Shown: one piece after another, positions 15,490 to 64,000 of the stretch | Position numbering within the stretch: position 1 is the stretch's first letter | How the letters are laid out: every line of letters starts with the position of its first letter | Source of the DNA: the human T2T-CHM13v2.0 reference genome, Homo sapiens | DNA length: 64,000 bases | Strand: one strand, 5' to 3' | Assembly: GCF_009914755.1 (NCBI RefSeq) | Contig: NC_060928.1 | Notes under the pieces: generated by a model | Database searches by the model: none | Seen by the model: only the letters and a program-made list of their open reading frames with translations | What the model was told of the DNA's origin: nothing | Translations under genes and position numbers: made by a program

Positions 15490-15960
15490 GTCAAAGCCAG
15501 CCCCAAACTTACTGGCTTAAAAAAGACAAAACAACCAAATTTATTTTTTTCTTATAGCTCTGTGGGTTGGCTGGGCAGTTTGATAGGTCTCTCTGGGACT
15601 CAGGCTTACTAATGCGTTGAATTCAGATGACGGCTGGATGTCCGGAATGGCCCAGCTCACATATCAGACTGCTTATGCTGGCTGTTGGCTGCAATTCCTT
15701 GGTTCTTTTCCATGTGGGCTTTCATCCTCTATGAGGCTAGAGTTATGGCATGGCAATCTCAGGGCAGGACTCTGGGATAACCAAGTCTGCTGCAAAGGCA
15801 CTCGTTAAACCTCTGCTTGCTTCACTTTTGTCAATGTGATGTTGGCCCAAAACAAGTCATATGGCCAAGCTGAGAGTCAGTACGAGAGTGAGTTTAGGTG
15901 CCATCTCTTGATGGGAAAAATGGCAAGGGGTTTGTGGCTGATTTGGCTGTTTTTAATCTA
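15490..15960. mobile_element. MaLR LTR relic (MLT1-like)
   Basis: cccaaacttactggcttaaa...tctgtgggttggctgggcag...caagtcatatggccaagc motifs. Confidence 0.55.
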
Positions 15961-16727
15961 GAGTGAAAGTTTTCCCACTCTTCTAAAAACCTATTCTTTT
16001 TCTTTTGTAAATGAATTATAATCCCAAATTGGAAAATTATTGCCTGGCCCCCTTACTCTGGCGTGGTTGACATGGAAGTATTATATAGAAAGAAAAATCA
16101 TCCATTACTACAGACATCCAAAACTAGCCCAACTAAAAGTTGTGTTGAGAGAGAAGAGGAGACATGGACAGAAACAGAGGAAAAGGGAACTAAGAGCTGT
16201 ACATTGGTATCTAGAAATGAATTCTACACTGAGAAATAATAGCACAAGAATGGGTGGACAAGGTCATAGCACGTGATACAATAAAATGGTTATAGTAAAA
16301 ACCACAGTGATACAAAAAGCACATATATTTACATGAGGCTTTGTAATTTAGAGATTGCTTATGTCTTACCACATTTATCTTCAAGCTAAGTATATAAAGT
16401 ACTCAAGATGATATTGATTCCCATTTTTCAGTTGATTAAACTAAGATTCAGGGCGCTTCATTAACCTGTCCAAGGTCATAATACCATTAGATGAAGAACC
16501 AGGATCTAAGAATTTCTGATAACCAGCCTTGCTCTCATTCTGTGGTAAAACTTCATGCAAAGAATAAACAAGAAAATAAGTGTCAGGAAGTGAGTTTTGA
16601 AACTTTATCAAACAAAATATATTCTAAACAAAGAAATTAATGGCCTTTTTGTTTGTTGTTTTTTTTAGTAGTAATTGATAGAAATATTACGTGGGATAGG
16701 ATTTATTCTCTCCACACTTCTGAACCA

Positions 16728-54530
<37,803 letters not shown>

Positions 54531-54679
54531 CTAATTCACTATGAACACTTTTGTCACCAGGCTATAATTTGCCTGATGTCTGTGAGATTTGATAAATATA
54601 TCATTCAACCTGTTTATATAAACTAAGTTTTATTACTTTGCTTTCCAATTTTTGTTTTTTACTTCTGTAAACCAATTTC

Positions 54680-54685
54680 ATTAAA
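54680..54685 (+). terminator. candidate PRIMPOL polyadenylation signal ATTAAA
   Basis: ATTAAA 150 nt after the stop, followed by GT-rich sequence. Confidence 0.55.
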
Positions 54686-55038
54686 AATTAGCTTTGGTGT
54701 AAATTCAGGAGAAATCGCCTTATTAATTAATCAAAATTATGTTCACATCAACTTAATTTTACAAGTTTATTATAGCTCATACCTGGGACCGATTAAGGTG
54801 TCAACATTTTAAAATTACTCAAGATATTAACCAGAAAAGATGATTATGGCCTTTAAAACTATTGGACAAACTGATGCTATTTAACATTGTTCACAGCCAT
54901 TTAATTTGAATAACAAATTTTAGATTCTAAGTAGGCCATAACTTCTTTGCAAAACAATTGATTTATAAAGGTACAGTTTCAGAAGGTAACAGCATGAGAC
55001 TAGTCTTCCTATAGGCACATTTTAGTAGACTGCTCTTC

Positions 55039-62193
<7,155 letters not shown>

Positions 62194-62344
62194 CTGTAGA
62201 GGAATTAAAAAAAAGTCTAAGTACCATGATGGATTTTGAAAGGTGTTTCATTTGCTTAGCATACAAACAAACATACACATACAATTTGGCATATACCTTT
62301 TTTTATTTTAAAAATATCTTTAATCTCTTATTTTTAATAATCTC

Positions 62345-62790
62345 AATGTTTTAGATTAAGGGGTTTGTTATATGGGCATACTGCATGACACTGACGTTTG
62401 GGGTACAACTGACCCCACCACTCAGGTAGCGAGCATAGTAGCAAACAGGTTGTTTTCAGTCCTTGAATCCCTCTGTCTCTCTTCCCTCTAGGAGTCCCCA
62501 GTGTCTATTGTTGCCATCTTTATGTCCATGTGCACCCAGTGTTTAGCTCCCACTTATAAGTAAGAACACGCGGTATTTGGCTTTCTGTTCCTGCAATAAT
62601 TCACTTGGGATAATGACCTCCAGCTGCATCCATATTGCTGCAAAGGACATGATTTTGTTCTTTTTTATAGCTGTGTAGTATTCCATGGTCTATATGTACC
62701 ATATTTTCTTTATCCAACCCACAGTTGATGGGCACTTAGGTTGATTCCGTCTTTACTATCATGGATAATGCTGCAATGAACATATGAGAG
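62345..62790 (-). mobile_element. L1 3' end fragment (L1PB-like)
   Basis: gtttagctcccacttataagt...cagctgcatccat...ttgatgggcacttaggttgattcc motifs. Confidence 0.8.
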
Positions 62791-63204
62791 CACCATTTTA
62801 AATAACTAAGATGGCAATGTTCAGCCTGAAAAAAACACCGGAAACATGTATCAGCAAAAGAAAAAGAACAAACATATTATTCCCTAAGCCCTCTGGTACG
62901 GGGTCATCTTAATTCCCTGATACTGACCAACCTCACAGGTGATACCAAGTAAGGTAGAAATGCTTATGGATACTCCCAATCTTTTTCTGCTAACTGATAG
63001 ACCCAGCAGACTTTATTCCCTCCCTCTTTGCCTGTTAGCAAAAGGAGGAGCAACTGTGTAACACATCTGGACTAGCCAAAAAGTAGCCATAAATCAGGTG
63101 TTAGTTCTTCAGAAACTATAAAGCTGACTCAAAGAAACTGCCTCAGGTCTCTGTCACTGGGGAGAAGAGATCTGGTGGCCAGGCTCTGATTCTCCTGGCT
63201 TGGC

Positions 63205-63555
63205 TCACTCACCCATTAAGATGGCTATTATTAAAAAAAAACAAAACAACAAGTGTTGGTGAGAAAGTACAGAAATAGGAACCCTTGTGTTGCTGGTGGA
63301 AATGTAAAATGATATAGTCACTGTGGAAAACAGTATTGGCAGTTCCAAAAAAATAAATAAATTAAATTAATTAAACACAGAATTACCACATGATCCAGCA
63401 ATTCCTCTTCTAGGTACATACACAAAAGAATTGAAAGCACGGACTTGAATATCAATTGTACACCAATGTTTGTAGCAGCATTATTCACAATAGCCAAAAG
63501 GTGGGAACAACTCAAGTGTCCATTGATAGATGAATGGATAAAGGAAATGTGTTAA
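63205..63555 (+). mobile_element. L1M fragment
   Basis: aacaagtgttggtgag...ccagcaattcctcttctaggt...gcagcattattcacaatagccaaaaggtgg. Confidence 0.78.
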
Positions 63556-63557
63556 AA

Positions 63558-63830
63558 TCATGACCACATAACAATGTCTCAGTCAACGATGGATGGCACA
63601 TACAGTGGTAGACCCATAAGACAATAATGGAGCTAAAAATTTCTAATCACCTAGTGACACTGTTGCCATCATAATGTCATAGCACAATGCATTATGCACA
63701 TACTTGTGGTGATGCTGGTGTAAACAAACCTATAGTGTTGCCTAGCTGTGTAAAAGTATAGCACACATACTTAGGTATACTACATAATACTAGGTAATAA
63801 ATTACTAAGTGCCCCAAACAGGTGTAACAT
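63558..63830. mobile_element. Tigger3-like MITE
   Basis: cataacaatgt..cagtcaacgatgga...cccataaga..ataatggagct...tggtgatgctggtgtaaacaaacct. Confidence 0.7.
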
Positions 63831-63838
63831 ACTTCATC

Positions 63839-64000
63839 TTTTTTTTTTTTGAGATAAGGTCTCACTCTGTCACCCCCGCTGGACTGAGTAGTGTGATCAT
63901 GGCTCACTGCAGCCTCAAACTCCTTGACTCCAGTGATCCTCCTGCCTCAGCCTCCCGTGTAGCTGGGACTACAGGCATATGCCACCACGCCTAATTTTTA
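63839..64000 (-). mobile_element. Alu (cut by window edge)
   Basis: antisense right-arm consensus. Confidence 0.88.

Overview
Primate (human-like) genomic DNA matching, from memory of the sequences, the CASP3-PRIMPOL-CENPU locus. It contains: (1) the two 5' non-coding exons of CASP3 on the minus strand, with its coding exons left of the window; (2) a shared CpG-island bidirectional promoter at about 8.4-9.6 kb; (3) the complete PRIMPOL gene on the plus strand, with 12 coding exons I could splice by hand into a 560-codon ORF (16728-54530) carrying intact AEP motifs, zinc-finger ligands and C-terminal acidic RPA-binding motifs; (4) the last five coding exons of CENPU on the minus strand, converging on and probably overlapping the PRIMPOL 3' end. 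Introns hold more than 40 Alus plus L1, LTR and DNA-transposon relics. I found no new multi-gene system, RNA gene or CRISPR array. The most unusual signals are: a 65-bp direct repeat bracketing the bidirectional promoter; a roughly 370-bp local duplication whose second copy sits between 19-bp inverted repeats; a roughly 1-kb AAGGG/CCCTT-type tract between the arms of an Alu in PRIMPOL intron 7; inverted Alu pairs around most PRIMPOL exons; several templated-insertion scars; and a candidate cryptic exon that would remove the RPA-binding tail. Repeat family names and repeat boundaries are by eye and approximate.
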